Source: an uncultured virus (IMG/VR IMGVR_UViG_3300007900_000103)
Taxonomy: Duplodnaviria; Heunggongvirae; Uroviricota; Caudoviricetes
Strand: one strand, 5' to 3'
Virus record (IMG/VR): IMGVR_UViG_3300007900_000103
Length of the DNA: 64,000 nt
A program made the translations under genes and the position numbers. This document shows positions 47,784 through 56,893 of this stretch, one piece after another. A model generated the notes under the pieces. That model was not told the DNA's origin. It did not search any database and saw only the letters and a program-made list of their open reading frames with translations. The first letter of the stretch is position 1; each line of letters begins with the position of its first letter.

Positions 47784-47821
47784 TTAGCATTTAGGGTGTT
47801 CATATTCACACTGTATGTGAA
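47784..47821. promoter_or_regulatory. 38-bp tandem operator-like element, copy 3, over a leftward extended -10 promoter
   Basis: TTAGCAT-TTA-GGGTGTT cata TTCACAC-TGT-ATGTGAA; minus strand TGcTAAGTT at 47781-47789. Confidence 0.65.
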
Positions 47822-47828
47822 AGTTTCA

Positions 47829-48884
47829 TCAGTGGCAAGTATGTTCATCGTGCATCACCACCTCAAAGTCCTTCCTGACCACACCCAGATGCTCGTCTCC
47901 GCGCCAATGTGGTTTGACCCACACCTCTTTTCCTGACTTGTAGCGCCTCCAGAAGCCGCGTACCGAATGCAGGCGCTTCTTGGGTTGAAAGACACTGCGT
48001 CCGGTCTGGGATGGATCAGGCGCGTCTACAGGCAGTTCTACGACGATGTGCTCGAAGCGTGGGAACTGACGGCGCTTACGTGGCTTCTTGGGCCTGTACG
48101 TGAGCGGCAGAGGCTTGACCCCGGCAGTCTTGCTGCGCAGGACCGAGGCGAGGTGGAATGATTCGAGCCACGCGATGATCAGACCCTTGCACATGTCGAT
48201 CGCGTGCTTGCCCTTCTCGGTGACCGTGACCCCTTCAGCCTGAGCCATAAGGAACTGGGTATCGTTCCACGTGTGTCCCTTGGTCATGTGAACCTCTACC
48301 GGGCAGTACGACAGGCGCTGCTCTGGTCGGATGGTTCCGGGCTTGCGTGGAGCGCCAAGCGTGAACGCATCTGAGTCGTTCACCTCGACCCCGCTCTCCC
48401 GGTAGAAGGCGATGTTCGCAGTGATCCATGGCTCGTCAGCCTCAACACCCAGCTCAGGATATGGCTTGCCGTTCTGCGTGGTGGTCTCTTGCAGACAGAT
48501 CATGTAGGTGTCTTCACCGAAGCCCTCGACAATCAGCGTACACCACTCGTGTGGCAGGTGGAGTTCGCGGGTGTTCCTGATGTACTTCAGCTCGTCTTCG
48601 TACTGGTGACACATCAGGCCCAGCGTCTGGGCTGTGGTCTTGTACTTGACCGATGAGCGCACGCAGGTAGCCAGCCACGCATCGACCGGGTAGGACTGGT
48701 CCGTCATCTTCCTGAAGTCGTCGTCCGTGTCAGCGTGGAACAGCGTGTCGTTCAGTGCCATCCACTTCTGCTTGGGTGGGCGCTTGTTGGTTAGTGCAAC
48801 GCACTCGACGTACTCAAGGTATTCGAGCCATTCGTGGAAGGCTGGTCCGAGGTAGCCTGTCTTCGGCTTCTTCATGACCGGCAC
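47829..48884 (-). CDS. hypothetical phage protein
   Basis: 351 aa; C-terminal RLHSVRGFWRR...WVKPHWRG motif common in phage proteins. Confidence 0.75.
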   Translation of the reverse strand: MPVMKKPKTGYLGPAFHEWLEYLEYVECVALTNKRPPKQKWMALNDTLFHADTDDDFRKMTDQSYPVDAWLATCVRSSVKYKTTAQTLGLMCHQYEDELKYIRNTRELHLPHEWCTLIVEGFGEDTYMICLQETTTQNGKPYPELGVEADEPWITANIAFYRESGVEVNDSDAFTLGAPRKPGTIRPEQRLSYCPVEVHMTKGHTWNDTQFLMAQAEGVTVTEKGKHAIDMCKGLIIAWLESFHLASVLRSKTAGVKPLPLTYRPKKPRKRRQFPRFEHIVVELPVDAPDPSQTGRSVFQPKKRLHSVRGFWRRYKSGKEVWVKPHWRGDEHLGVVRKDFEVVMHDEHTCH

Positions 48885-49144
48885 TCCTTGAGGAACTTCT
48901 TAGCAGCCTTGCTCGCGCCGTTACGTGCCCCGTACGAGGCGAACTGATTCACGACAGGTGTGAGGCTACGTCGCTTCTTGCTCTCGACAGGGGCGCTTAG
49001 ATAGCGCTCGTGGTCGAGTGGGACTTTCTTCACAACCAGACCCTTGTCCATTATCAGGATGGGCATGTACTTGCGTCCCGGCTCACCAACCAGCACGGTC
49101 TTCACGCCGCTGTCAGATCGGTAGTTTTGTAGTCGGATTTCCAT
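48872..49144 (-). CDS. hypothetical basic protein
   Basis: GGAG RBS before ATG 49144; downstream of promoter. Confidence 0.65.
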   Translation of the reverse strand: MEIRLQNYRSDSGVKTVLVGEPGRKYMPILIMDKGLVVKKVPLDHERYLSAPVESKKRRSLTPVVNQFASYGARNGASKAAKKFLKECRS

Positions 49145-49169
49145 TGTCTTCTCCATGTGCTGAAAAGAC

Positions 49170-49210
49170 ATTATAACACATCCTGATAAAAAATTCACAC
49201 TCAGTGTGAA
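49170..49210 (-). promoter_or_regulatory. leftward extended -10 promoter plus 38-bp tandem operator-like element, copy 4 (49173-49210)
   Basis: TGtTATAAT (49170-49178); ATAACAC-ATC-CTGATAA aaaa TTCACAC-TCA-GTGTGAA (second unit a perfect palindrome). Confidence 0.75.
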
Positions 49211-49211
49211 G

Positions 49212-49403
49212 TCAGTGTTTGTCCAACAGGTCGGAAATCTCTTGTTTGACCTTCAGTTTGGTGATTGTCACCTCTTGAGCCTGATCCTTCAGATACCTGA
49301 TCAGTTCCTCCAGCAGCTCTTCCTGAGACAGCAGTGGGCGGCGCTCGCGTATCCTGATGACCTCACCTTGGATCAGGTTGGTTAGATGGTTGTAGTCAGC
49401 CAC
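49212..49403 (-). CDS. hypothetical protein
   Basis: GTG 49403 overlapping upstream stop; helical 63 aa. Confidence 0.5.
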   Translation of the reverse strand: MADYNHLTNLIQGEVIRIRERRPLLSQEELLEELIRYLKDQAQEVTITKLKVKQEISDLLDKH

Positions 49404-49635
49404 GTTTCCACGCTCTGAACTCGACCTGTATGCCACCATCTGGTGACCTGCGAACGCCAGCATCAGCTGTATCGAAGTACTCCCAGAGCCTATTGGCAAG
49501 CTCTTGCTTGGTGCCAGAGACCTTCAGGCTGTTGTCTTCGCAGAGCTTCCTGAGCATTGGCTTGGTGATCCACATCAGCCCGATCATTACAGCCTGCCGA
49601 CCAGCCTCTTGCAGTTCTGGTGATACTTTAGCCAT
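49396..49635 (-). CDS. SAP-domain DNA-binding protein
   Basis: LRKLCEDNSLKVSGTKQELANRL fits SAP pattern. Confidence 0.7.
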   Translation of the reverse strand: MAKVSPELQEAGRQAVMIGLMWITKPMLRKLCEDNSLKVSGTKQELANRLWEYFDTADAGVRRSPDGGIQVEFRAWKRG

Positions 49636-50053
49636 CGGGGAACTCTCTCTGCACCTGCACCAGTCGATCCTTGACGCGATCGTCGGATAGAGCAACCCAT
49701 GGGTCACGCATGTACAGGGTGGTAGCGAGGCTCAGGGCAGCACCCCACTGAGCGCCGCTCAGATTCTGCTTGGCGATCTTACCTTCCTTGTTGAACGCAG
49801 CCTCATCCATCTTCTTGCGGTCAGCGTCCCAGACGTTCTGGTTGCTCCACTGAGTGTGGTCGAAGTTCTCGGTGATCATGATGCGCAGAGCTTCAGCAGC
49901 AGCGATCTGTATCGACTGCTCATAGCCCGGTCCAAGACCTCCCATCTCGACAGTCCAGACAATATCGTTATTGTCCCAGCGGCTGAGCCACTCGGCAGCA
50001 TCGAGTCCATATCGTTCTTGTAGTTCAGCGTGGTCGTTTCGTACTTCAGTCAT
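49628..50053 (-). CDS. hypothetical phage protein
   Basis: GGAGGG RBS; WTVEMGGLGPGYEQ, LSGAQWGAA. Confidence 0.7.
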   Translation of the reverse strand: MTEVRNDHAELQERYGLDAAEWLSRWDNNDIVWTVEMGGLGPGYEQSIQIAAAEALRIMITENFDHTQWSNQNVWDADRKKMDEAAFNKEGKIAKQNLSGAQWGAALSLATTLYMRDPWVALSDDRVKDRLVQVQREFPDG

Positions 50054-50336
50054 TATATCCCTCCAGTTCTTCTTTTATGCTTCGACCGTCTGCCACTGGT
50101 TTGTATGGCTTCGATCTCAAGCATCCAATAATTATCAGACCAAGGACGAACGGTGTGAGAATCGCCCATGCTCCATGTTGACCTGCGTCCTTCACTCGCT
50201 TGTAACCTGCCCACCAAGCGAACAGCACCCAGCACAATTGTACGAACATGATCAGGTCTTCGTTCAGCGTCATACCAGCAAATACACAGACGAGCAGACT
50301 TGCAATCATGTAGCCCCAGTATGTTGGCCTATCCAT
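50046..50336 (-). CDS. membrane protein (DUF805-like)
   Basis: R..YW, three TM segments, KRVKDAGQHGAW. Confidence 0.65.
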   Translation of the reverse strand: MDRPTYWGYMIASLLVCVFAGMTLNEDLIMFVQLCWVLFAWWAGYKRVKDAGQHGAWAILTPFVLGLIIIGCLRSKPYKPVADGRSIKEELEGYND

Positions 50337-50913
50337 GAAGCATCCTCATCTGTGGCTTAGCCCAGTGATCGAAGTCACGTTGCAGTGTATTCAGCAGGTC
50401 ACCCTTGCCACAGACGAACGGCATATTCCTGACCAGCTTCGCCTTCTGTTCCAGCTCGTCGCGTATGTACATATTTGTAGCGTTGCATGTTCCAGACGTA
50501 GTGTCTGATGTGGTGGTGGTGGCTGTTGATCCACCCTGCCAGTAGTAAGCCATTGCATCATCCCTTCTTTGTTTTGCGCCCATCTTCTCTTGCTCCATAA
50601 ATGGATTGAGCCTCATCGCGAGCATGTCTTTCTTTGTCTTTGTGTGGAACGCATAAGCAGTGCCCTCGCCAAACATCCGATCGAGAATACGCGAACCTTT
50701 CTCATAGAAGTCACGAGCAAAGGCTGGATCAAGCATTGCCTCAGCGACCTTCTCGTTGAGCTTACGCTTGTCACAGGTCCACACTTCTTGCTGGGCGAAC
50801 TGATCGAACTGGTGATGCCAGAACCCGGAGTTCCTTCGTTTGAAAGACTCCGGGTCCTGTCGAGGATCACCGTACATTTCCTTCCAGCTGAATGGTGTTT
50901 TGGTGATAGCCAT
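50329..50913 (-). CDS. hypothetical protein
   Basis: 194 aa, coupled to both neighbours. Confidence 0.65.
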   Translation of the reverse strand: MAITKTPFSWKEMYGDPRQDPESFKRRNSGFWHHQFDQFAQQEVWTCDKRKLNEKVAEAMLDPAFARDFYEKGSRILDRMFGEGTAYAFHTKTKKDMLAMRLNPFMEQEKMGAKQRRDDAMAYYWQGGSTATTTTSDTTSGTCNATNMYIRDELEQKAKLVRNMPFVCGKGDLLNTLQRDFDHWAKPQMRMLHG

Positions 50914-51338
50914 TACTTACGCTTGTCTTTGATCTCCTTGGTGATCTCCATGTTCACGTCAGGCAGGCGCTTCAGGATTTGACCGTACATCTCCTTCATC
51001 TCGTCGCCGCGCTTCTCAAGTTGATTCTCCAGCTTGTCGCGGTACTTGTCCTTGACTTTAGCGATGCCGTCATCTCTGTCTTTCGCAGCCTTGCGCTCAG
51101 CCTCACCGATGCGCTTATCAGCGTCCATCGTGACGGACTCTTCACGCATCTTCAGTTTGTGCGCAACCATCTCATCGCTGATCTGTTTCGTCTGTTCGAG
51201 GTTTTTATTCTCGACCTCAAGCTCGTGGTTCTCGTCCTCCAGCTTGTGCGAAACCTCCAGCAGCGTCGTGCATCGTTCTTCGAGCATGGTGATCCGTTCA
51301 CTTAGAACTTCTTCACGTTTTTTATCTAATCCAAACAT
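50913..51338 (-). CDS. coiled-coil hypothetical protein
   Basis: GGAGG RBS, 141 aa. Confidence 0.7.
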   Translation of the reverse strand: MFGLDKKREEVLSERITMLEERCTTLLEVSHKLEDENHELEVENKNLEQTKQISDEMVAHKLKMREESVTMDADKRIGEAERKAAKDRDDGIAKVKDKYRDKLENQLEKRGDEMKEMYGQILKRLPDVNMEITKEIKDKRK

Positions 51339-51353
51339 TGTTATTGCCTCCAG

Positions 51354-51773
51354 TTAAAACGGTATGTCGTCGTCAAAATCTTCGTTCGGCGCAGGGTCAG
51401 GCTTAGCGCTTGGACCGCTATGGTTCGGTGCGTCCGAGCGCGAGCCAATGAATAGCGTGTTGTTCGCACGGACCTTCGTGGTCCAGCGATCGTTGCCATC
51501 CTTGTCCTGCCACTTGTCGGTACGCATCTCGCCCTCGACGTAGCACTGTGACCCTTTGCTCAGGTACTTCTCACAAGCCTCAGCCTGATTACCCCAGACC
51601 TCGATGTTCATCCACTCGGTACGCTCTTTCATCTCACCTGTCTGCTTGTCTTTCCATGTCTGGGAGACAGCCAACGAGAAGTTGCAAACAGCCTGACCGG
51701 ATGGCAGGAACTTGATCTCTGGGTCTTTGCCGAGGTTGCCCAAGGCAATGACTTTGTTGATACCTCTACTCAC
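51354..51773 (-). CDS. ssb: single-stranded DNA-binding protein
   Basis: NKVIALGNLGKDPE, YLSKGSQCYVEG, acidic DFDDDIPF tail. Confidence 0.97.
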   Translation of the reverse strand: MSRGINKVIALGNLGKDPEIKFLPSGQAVCNFSLAVSQTWKDKQTGEMKERTEWMNIEVWGNQAEACEKYLSKGSQCYVEGEMRTDKWQDKDGNDRWTTKVRANNTLFIGSRSDAPNHSGPSAKPDPAPNEDFDDDIPF

Positions 51774-51939
51774 AATCTATTCTCCTAATGCGGTTATCTC
51801 GATTTACAAATCTGTGTACAACTACGTCGCAATAGAGGCAGCGCTGTACGAGCACCTCGCAATCAGTTAGCGACTTCTCGATCCTGATGGTGTCTGGTGC
51901 GTGGAAGCCGAACCAGCATTTTATCTTTCGTATGCTCAT
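51766..51939 (-). CDS. small Cys/His hypothetical protein
   Basis: GGAGG RBS; CWFGFH...CLYC. Confidence 0.55.
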   Translation of the reverse strand: MSIRKIKCWFGFHAPDTIRIEKSLTDCEVLVQRCLYCDVVVHRFVNRDNRIRRIDCE

Positions 51940-52136
51940 TCTTCCTCCACCACCCAGCAATCGACGCTGACGTTCTTGACGTTGCGAACAACGACACAGC
52001 GAACACCATCATCTACGTCGATCACCTCGACGTACTGGAACTTGCCACTGGCGTATCCAATGATTGCTGCCGCTCCGAGCGATAGGACCACGATAACGAA
52101 GATGACAACAAGAAGCGCAGCGGCAGTATCACTCAT
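51936..52136 (-). CDS. small membrane protein
   Basis: N-terminal TM, C..C; chained overlaps. Confidence 0.55.
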   Translation of the reverse strand: MSDTAAALLVVIFVIVVLSLGAAAIIGYASGKFQYVEVIDVDDGVRCVVVRNVKNVSVDCWVVEEE

Positions 52137-53037
52137 TGCCCTGCCCCTCTCTCAGCACATTGCGCATCTTCGTGTACGTGATACGAGCGGTTCCCTGATC
52201 CATTTCATTGAGACCCTTCGCCATGTCAGCAGCTTTGAGTAAGTCTTCCATGGAATCAGACTGGTGCATGGCACGCTCAACCTGAGCCAGCGTTGGCATG
52301 ACCTCACCCTCTGTGCCCGGTACTTCAGGCAACGCAGCTGATTCTTGTTTTGGCAGCTCGTACTGAGTCACTGGTGGTGGCGTGTCGTCGTGATCCTGCC
52401 GCTCTTCAACCACACCCAGACCCTTCAGTAGATCGGGGTAGGCATCGCGCAGGCAGTACGCACGAGCACGCATCTGGAGCATCCGCTTGGGGTGCTTCTT
52501 CCAGTTGAACTTGGTAGAGATGCCTGCCTGTACAGCGTCGTCCATGGAGTAGGAAGCCGTCACTGGATTGGGATCACCTTCACGTTGTGTTGTGCAGGTG
52601 GCAGTTTTCCCATCATCGGAGATTTTTTCTTCGATCCAGAGACATTTGGGGGAGGCTCGTACTACTCCTATGAGACCATCGCCATACAGACAGGGCTTAC
52701 CCTCGATCACAGCGATGGACTGGATTGCCTGAAACGGCTCCATACCCAGCTCTGCGCCCATGTTGATTGCCACGAAGACATCATTGGGCCTACCCACGTA
52801 ATCAATGGGTACGAGGTTCGAGCACGCCAGAGTATGCGCAATGCGTTTGGCTATCTCGTACTTGGCGAATGCAGGGTCAGCCTGAATCGTCATATCAACG
52901 ATTTCAGTTGGCATCTCTTCGGTGCCCTCTGTCCTGACCAGATCACTGGTCTTCTTGGCGCGAGACTTCTTCTTCGCGACCTTCTTCTTCGCCACTTTTT
53001 TCTTGGTGGTTTTCTTTGCTGCTTTGTCGGTTGTCAT
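52129..53037 (-). CDS. RecT-like ssDNA annealing recombinase
   Basis: LVP.DY.GRPND, GAELGMEPFQAIQSIAVIEGKP, WKKHPKRMLQMRA...LRDAYPDLLKG; next to exonuclease and SSB. Confidence 0.85.
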   Translation of the reverse strand: MTTDKAAKKTTKKKVAKKKVAKKKSRAKKTSDLVRTEGTEEMPTEIVDMTIQADPAFAKYEIAKRIAHTLACSNLVPIDYVGRPNDVFVAINMGAELGMEPFQAIQSIAVIEGKPCLYGDGLIGVVRASPKCLWIEEKISDDGKTATCTTQREGDPNPVTASYSMDDAVQAGISTKFNWKKHPKRMLQMRARAYCLRDAYPDLLKGLGVVEERQDHDDTPPPVTQYELPKQESAALPEVPGTEGEVMPTLAQVERAMHQSDSMEDLLKAADMAKGLNEMDQGTARITYTKMRNVLREGQGNE

Positions 53038-53041
53038 TCGA

Positions 53042-53188
53042 TCATTTCCTTACTGCTGCTTCCAGTGCCTTGCACTTGGATTCCAGTGACTCCAGTAGCA
53101 GTACGTTCGGTACTGATGTGGGTGCTGCCTGTACATTGTCTGCGACAGCTTTTGCTTGTGCGTTTACTGCATTGATTTCGGCGTTCAT
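53042..53188 (-). CDS. small hypothetical protein (48 aa)
   Basis: GAGGA RBS; MNAEINAVNAQAK...ALEAAVRK fills the operon gap. Confidence 0.5.
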   Translation of the reverse strand: MNAEINAVNAQAKAVADNVQAAPTSVPNVLLLESLESKCKALEAAVRK

Positions 53189-53190
53189 TG

Positions 53191-53373
53191 TTATGTCCTC
53201 AATAGTTGCAAGATTAGTGTTGCGGCATCTTCGTTGATGTAGTCAGTCTCACGACTGTACGGTGTGCCGTCTTTGTCTTTGAAGCCAACGTAGTAACCGT
53301 GAGGCGAGTACATGACTTCAGGTTTGGTGCCGGGATGCTTGGCTCCCGACAGGACCGTCTCACCGGGGATCAC
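53191..53373 (-). CDS. hypothetical phage protein
   Basis: GYYVG...PYSRETDY motif; GTGA overlap. Confidence 0.6.
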   Translation of the reverse strand: MIPGETVLSGAKHPGTKPEVMYSPHGYYVGFKDKDGTPYSRETDYINEDAATLILQLLRT

Positions 53374-54314
53374 GATTGATCCTCCAGCTTGATTACAGTG
53401 CCTTCCTCGATCGCCTTGGTTGCTGCCACTGGTAGCTTGGCAGCGTGCCGGGTCACGATGAAGGTGTTCTCTTTGACCTCGAAGGCTTTGCGGGTTTGCT
53501 CTTTGCGGGTGTATGCCGAACCATCTGGCAGCATCCCGATTGCGCTCTCACCCATGAGCATTGCGATGCGGTTTTTGCATCCGTCAACGACCTTCTCGAA
53601 GATGAGCCTTTGTTCATTGGCATCCTTCATCACGTTGTGATATTGCTGCGCCACTTCTGGCAGCTCAAGGACCTGCCCATTGGTGCCGGGGTAGAAGTTC
53701 TTGAGGAAGCGCGTGGTGGCAGCAGACTGCCATTCTGGTTCTGGCGCGACCTTGTTCTCGACGCGATCCCAGAACTCGGTCTCAGCTTCGATCAGTTGGT
53801 CGATGATGTCTTGGATGGGGTTGATGCGGTACATGCGGAAGTCGCGGTTGCCGATCAGCACAGCCAAGTCCCAGACATCGTAGCCGGTGACAGCGAGGTA
53901 GTGCTGCACCTGACACATGATGTATGCGGGGATTTCATTTGAGCCAGACTCACCCCACCCATCTGCTCGTGCTGCGGTCTTGGCTTCAAAGCCGATACGC
54001 ATCTCTTCACCGACAACCTTGCGGTCGATATTGGCGAGCATAAAGGGGTGCTCTTTCGAGCGGATCATGTTGTTGGCTTTCTGGATTTTGTAGCCAGTCT
54101 CTTCAGCGTAACGATCGCTGACTGGCTGTTCGAGAACGCTACCCCAGTAGCGCGATTCCCTCAGAAAGTTTGGGTCTTCTTCGGGTGCTTCGCCTAGCTT
54201 ATCCAGATAGAGTTCGTAAGCTGTCTTGAAGGGGCTGATGCCGAGAACGGTTGCTGCATCTGAGCCACCAATTCCTGAGCGACGTTCTTGAAGTTGTTCT
54301 TTTGTGAGTGCCAT
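53370..54314 (-). CDS. YqaJ / lambda-type 5'-3' exonuclease
   Basis: RRSGIGGSDA, G..LE, HPFMLANIDR, EAKT, YIMCQVQHY; AGGAG RBS. Confidence 0.93.
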   Translation of the reverse strand: MALTKEQLQERRSGIGGSDAATVLGISPFKTAYELYLDKLGEAPEEDPNFLRESRYWGSVLEQPVSDRYAEETGYKIQKANNMIRSKEHPFMLANIDRKVVGEEMRIGFEAKTAARADGWGESGSNEIPAYIMCQVQHYLAVTGYDVWDLAVLIGNRDFRMYRINPIQDIIDQLIEAETEFWDRVENKVAPEPEWQSAATTRFLKNFYPGTNGQVLELPEVAQQYHNVMKDANEQRLIFEKVVDGCKNRIAMLMGESAIGMLPDGSAYTRKEQTRKAFEVKENTFIVTRHAAKLPVAATKAIEEGTVIKLEDQS

Positions 54315-54363
54315 ACGGCTAATCTCCTGTTAATTCACACTGCCTACCAATGTGGTTCAGGGT

Positions 54364-54425
54364 AGTATGCCTGAGCGCTGGCAAAAGTCAACACTCAGTG
54401 GTAAAGTTTCATCCACTAATGATAA
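54364..54425 (-). promoter_or_regulatory. leftward sigma70-type promoter plus tandem operator-like element, copy 5 (54388-54425)
   Basis: TTGACT-16 nt-CATACT on minus; TCAACAC-TCA-GTGGTAA agtt TCATCCA-CTA-ATGATAA between divergent genes. Confidence 0.7.
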
Positions 54426-54445
54426 ATCAAACATGCGAGATACAA

Positions 54446-54712
54446 ATGGCTGACACCCACACGTACTACGGACCAAGCGTACGTGTCGATTCCAATCCAC
54501 CCCACGTAAACGTCATCAGGCGCTTTCGTGAAGAGTTGAGAATGGATCGGCGCGAGTTCGCTGAGTTGCTGGAAGTGAATGTCGATACGTTGCGCGTCTG
54601 GGAGACACAAGGGAAGAGTAAGCCAAGGGGTCAAGCAGCCCTAAAGATTATGGATGTAGCGAAACGCAACGACTACCCCATGAGCATTGAAGAAATTTTT
54701 GACAGGGAGTGA
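54446..54712 (+). CDS. XRE-family HTH transcriptional regulator (Cro-like)
   Basis: IRRFREELRMDRREFAELLEVNVDTLRVWETQGKSKP. Confidence 0.9.
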   Translation: MADTHTYYGPSVRVDSNPPHVNVIRRFREELRMDRREFAELLEVNVDTLRVWETQGKSKPRGQAALKIMDVAKRNDYPMSIEEIFDRE

Positions 54713-54735
54713 GTCTCTGGTGTACAAAATAAAAG

Positions 54736-54768
54736 AAGCCCCGATGAGCGAGATATTCACCGGGGCTT
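54736..54768. terminator. hairpin after XRE gene (U-tract on minus strand)
   Basis: AAGCCCCG-aTGA...TCAc-CGGGGCTT preceded by A-rich run. Confidence 0.5.
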
Positions 54769-54769
54769 C

Positions 54770-55070
54770 ACATCTGGTAAAGGTTGACCGCCGACCAGAC
54801 GCATACGAGTCTACACGAATCTACAGCGATCTAACAAGCGGCAACCCCACCAGCTTTCGCTGAGTATCGGGGTGACTACGTTCCTCAGCCAAAGTATCCA
54901 GCCACCTTCCGGGTCGAACCGTGCGGGATCAGGTGGTCAGAAGGTAAGCAGCGCGGCGTGTGTACCGGCTCTCGAAAGCTCTCGAAGTAGCAGTTCACAG
55001 ATGAGACGTTTTGACCTACTGGGTCAGGGTCTCGTCTGCCCGGATCAAAGATCGAAGCTGCAAAAGAACT
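54770..55070 (+). ncRNA. candidate structured RNA / origin region upstream of helicase
   Basis: several stems with G-U pairs favouring + strand (54844/54869, 54901/54931, 54998/55029, 54990/55054) and three 10-bp TCTA repeats. Confidence 0.45.
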
Positions 55071-55089
55071 TAACAAACAGATACTACTT

Positions 55090-56655
55090 ATGATTACTCC
55101 GTGGGACTGGCAATGGGACATTATCAACCAAGTGAGACAAGCGGTTGCCGCTGGTCACAGGAAGATTCTCGTGGTGGTTCCTACGGGTGGTGGCAAGACA
55201 GTCATCGCAGCTCAGATCGTAAAACTTGCTGCGGAGAAGTTTCGTCGTTCCCAGTTTCTTGCCCATCGCCGCGAGCTTATTTACCAGTGCGCTGACAAGC
55301 TCGAAAAGTTCGGCGTAGACCACGGTATCCTGATGGCTGGTGAATACCCATACGGCGCAGCTGATTGTCAGGTCTCCAGTATCCAGACGGTCACAGCTCG
55401 ATGTATCACAACGGAGAAGATGCCGCTCCCCAATTCTGATGTAGTTATCATTGATGAAGCTCACCGCTCGCTCGCACCGACCTACATCACGCTGATCAAC
55501 CACTATGGTGAAGCTGTGGTCATAGGGCTGACGGCTACTCCCATACGAAGCGACGGCAAAGGCTTGGGTCACGTGTACGATCACATGATTCTGGGTCCGA
55601 GCATCGGCTGGATGATCGCTCATAATTACCTCGTTGAGCCGAAGACGTTCGCACCCACCATACCAGACCTGACAGGTGTCAGGATCAGGGGTGGTGACTA
55701 CGACCCGCAGGACCTTGAGAACGCAATGAATCGCCGTGAGCTGGTGGGCGACATTATCCAGCACTGGTGGAGGCTTGCGCACGACAGACCGAGCATCGTG
55801 TTTGCCAGCGGCGTGAAGCACTCGATCAACATCCGTGACGAGTTCATTAAGCAGGGCGTGAGAGCTGCGCACATCGACGGTGACACCGACATCAAGGACC
55901 GCAAGTCAATCATCGAAGACCTGCGCACTGGTCGCCTGCAAGTGGTGACCAACTACGCTGTGCTGACAGAGGGTTTCGATGAGCCAAGACTGTCAGCAGG
56001 CATCCTCGCACGAGCGACGAAAAACATTGGCCTGTTCATGCAGATGGGCGGCAGGATTCTCAGGCCATGGGAGGGTAAGACAGATGCTCGCTTGATCGAC
56101 CATAGCGGTAACGTCTACGAGCACGGCTTCCTGCAAGACGAAAAAGACTGGGTACTGGAAGAGGGTAAGGCTCTCACCACCAACACAGCAGAGCGGCAAC
56201 GAGAGTTCGATGAAAAGAAGCCGATAACCTGTGTCGAGTGCGCAACTGTTTACTCAGGTCAGATCAACTGTCCGCACTGTGGTCACGTGCCAGAGAAGAG
56301 GGGTAGGTATGTCGAATCACGAGCAGGTGAGTTGATGGAAGTTCGAGCAGAGGCACGACGCACAGCGAAGGCGAGGAAGTTCACGCCAGAAGAGCGTGAG
56401 ATGTGGTACAGATCAATACTACGAATCGGCATCAATAAGCCGAAGGTGAACAACGTGTACGGCTGGGCCGCGCACAGATACAACAAGAAGTTCGATGAGT
56501 GGCCTGAGAAGTGGTTCTCGAAAGAGGCTCTCGATGAGGCGCTACCAGAGGTCGCGTCATGGCAACGTGGCAACGACATCAGGTACGCAAAAGCAATGGA
56601 GGCGAAAGCAAAACGTGAAGAAGAAGAAGCAACCCAGACCAGCGGCGCTGGTTAA
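55090..56655 (+). CDS. superfamily II DEAD/DEAH helicase with C-terminal Zn ribbon (YejH/RadD-like)
   Basis: PTGGGKT, DEAH, TATP, LTEGFDEP, QMGGRILR, CVEC...CPHC. Confidence 0.93.
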   Translation: MITPWDWQWDIINQVRQAVAAGHRKILVVVPTGGGKTVIAAQIVKLAAEKFRRSQFLAHRRELIYQCADKLEKFGVDHGILMAGEYPYGAADCQVSSIQTVTARCITTEKMPLPNSDVVIIDEAHRSLAPTYITLINHYGEAVVIGLTATPIRSDGKGLGHVYDHMILGPSIGWMIAHNYLVEPKTFAPTIPDLTGVRIRGGDYDPQDLENAMNRRELVGDIIQHWWRLAHDRPSIVFASGVKHSINIRDEFIKQGVRAAHIDGDTDIKDRKSIIEDLRTGRLQVVTNYAVLTEGFDEPRLSAGILARATKNIGLFMQMGGRILRPWEGKTDARLIDHSGNVYEHGFLQDEKDWVLEEGKALTTNTAERQREFDEKKPITCVECATVYSGQINCPHCGHVPEKRGRYVESRAGELMEVRAEARRTAKARKFTPEEREMWYRSILRIGINKPKVNNVYGWAAHRYNKKFDEWPEKWFSKEALDEALPEVASWQRGNDIRYAKAMEAKAKREEEEATQTSGAG

Positions 56656-56893
56656 GACAGTAAAAGACAATCGAGTGAGGATGATGGCAGATCGACTGGC
56701 GATCCTGCTGGTGATCTGTAATGCCAGAGACGGAGACGACTGGAACCCATGGATGGGCGAAGAGATGTATGACGGTCTCGACCAGCTTGGTGATCAGGTT
56801 CGCAAGATGAAGGACTACGATACAGCGAAGAAGATTGTGCGACTGTGGATCGAGAAGCAGGACAAGCGCAGCAGGGAGATGTTCAGTGAGTAA
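56615..56893 (+). CDS. hypothetical protein
   Basis: GTG 56615 after GGAGG; start uncertain. Confidence 0.5.
   Translation: MKKKKQPRPAALVKTVKDNRVRMMADRLAILLVICNARDGDDWNPWMGEEMYDGLDQLGDQVRKMKDYDTAKKIVRLWIEKQDKRSREMFSE

Noticed and set aside
48168..48176. 9-nt complement of the UCCACGCGAU loop inside a phage mRNA
   Set aside because: One 9-mer match in 128 kb of both strands is expected by chance, and it is mid-CDS
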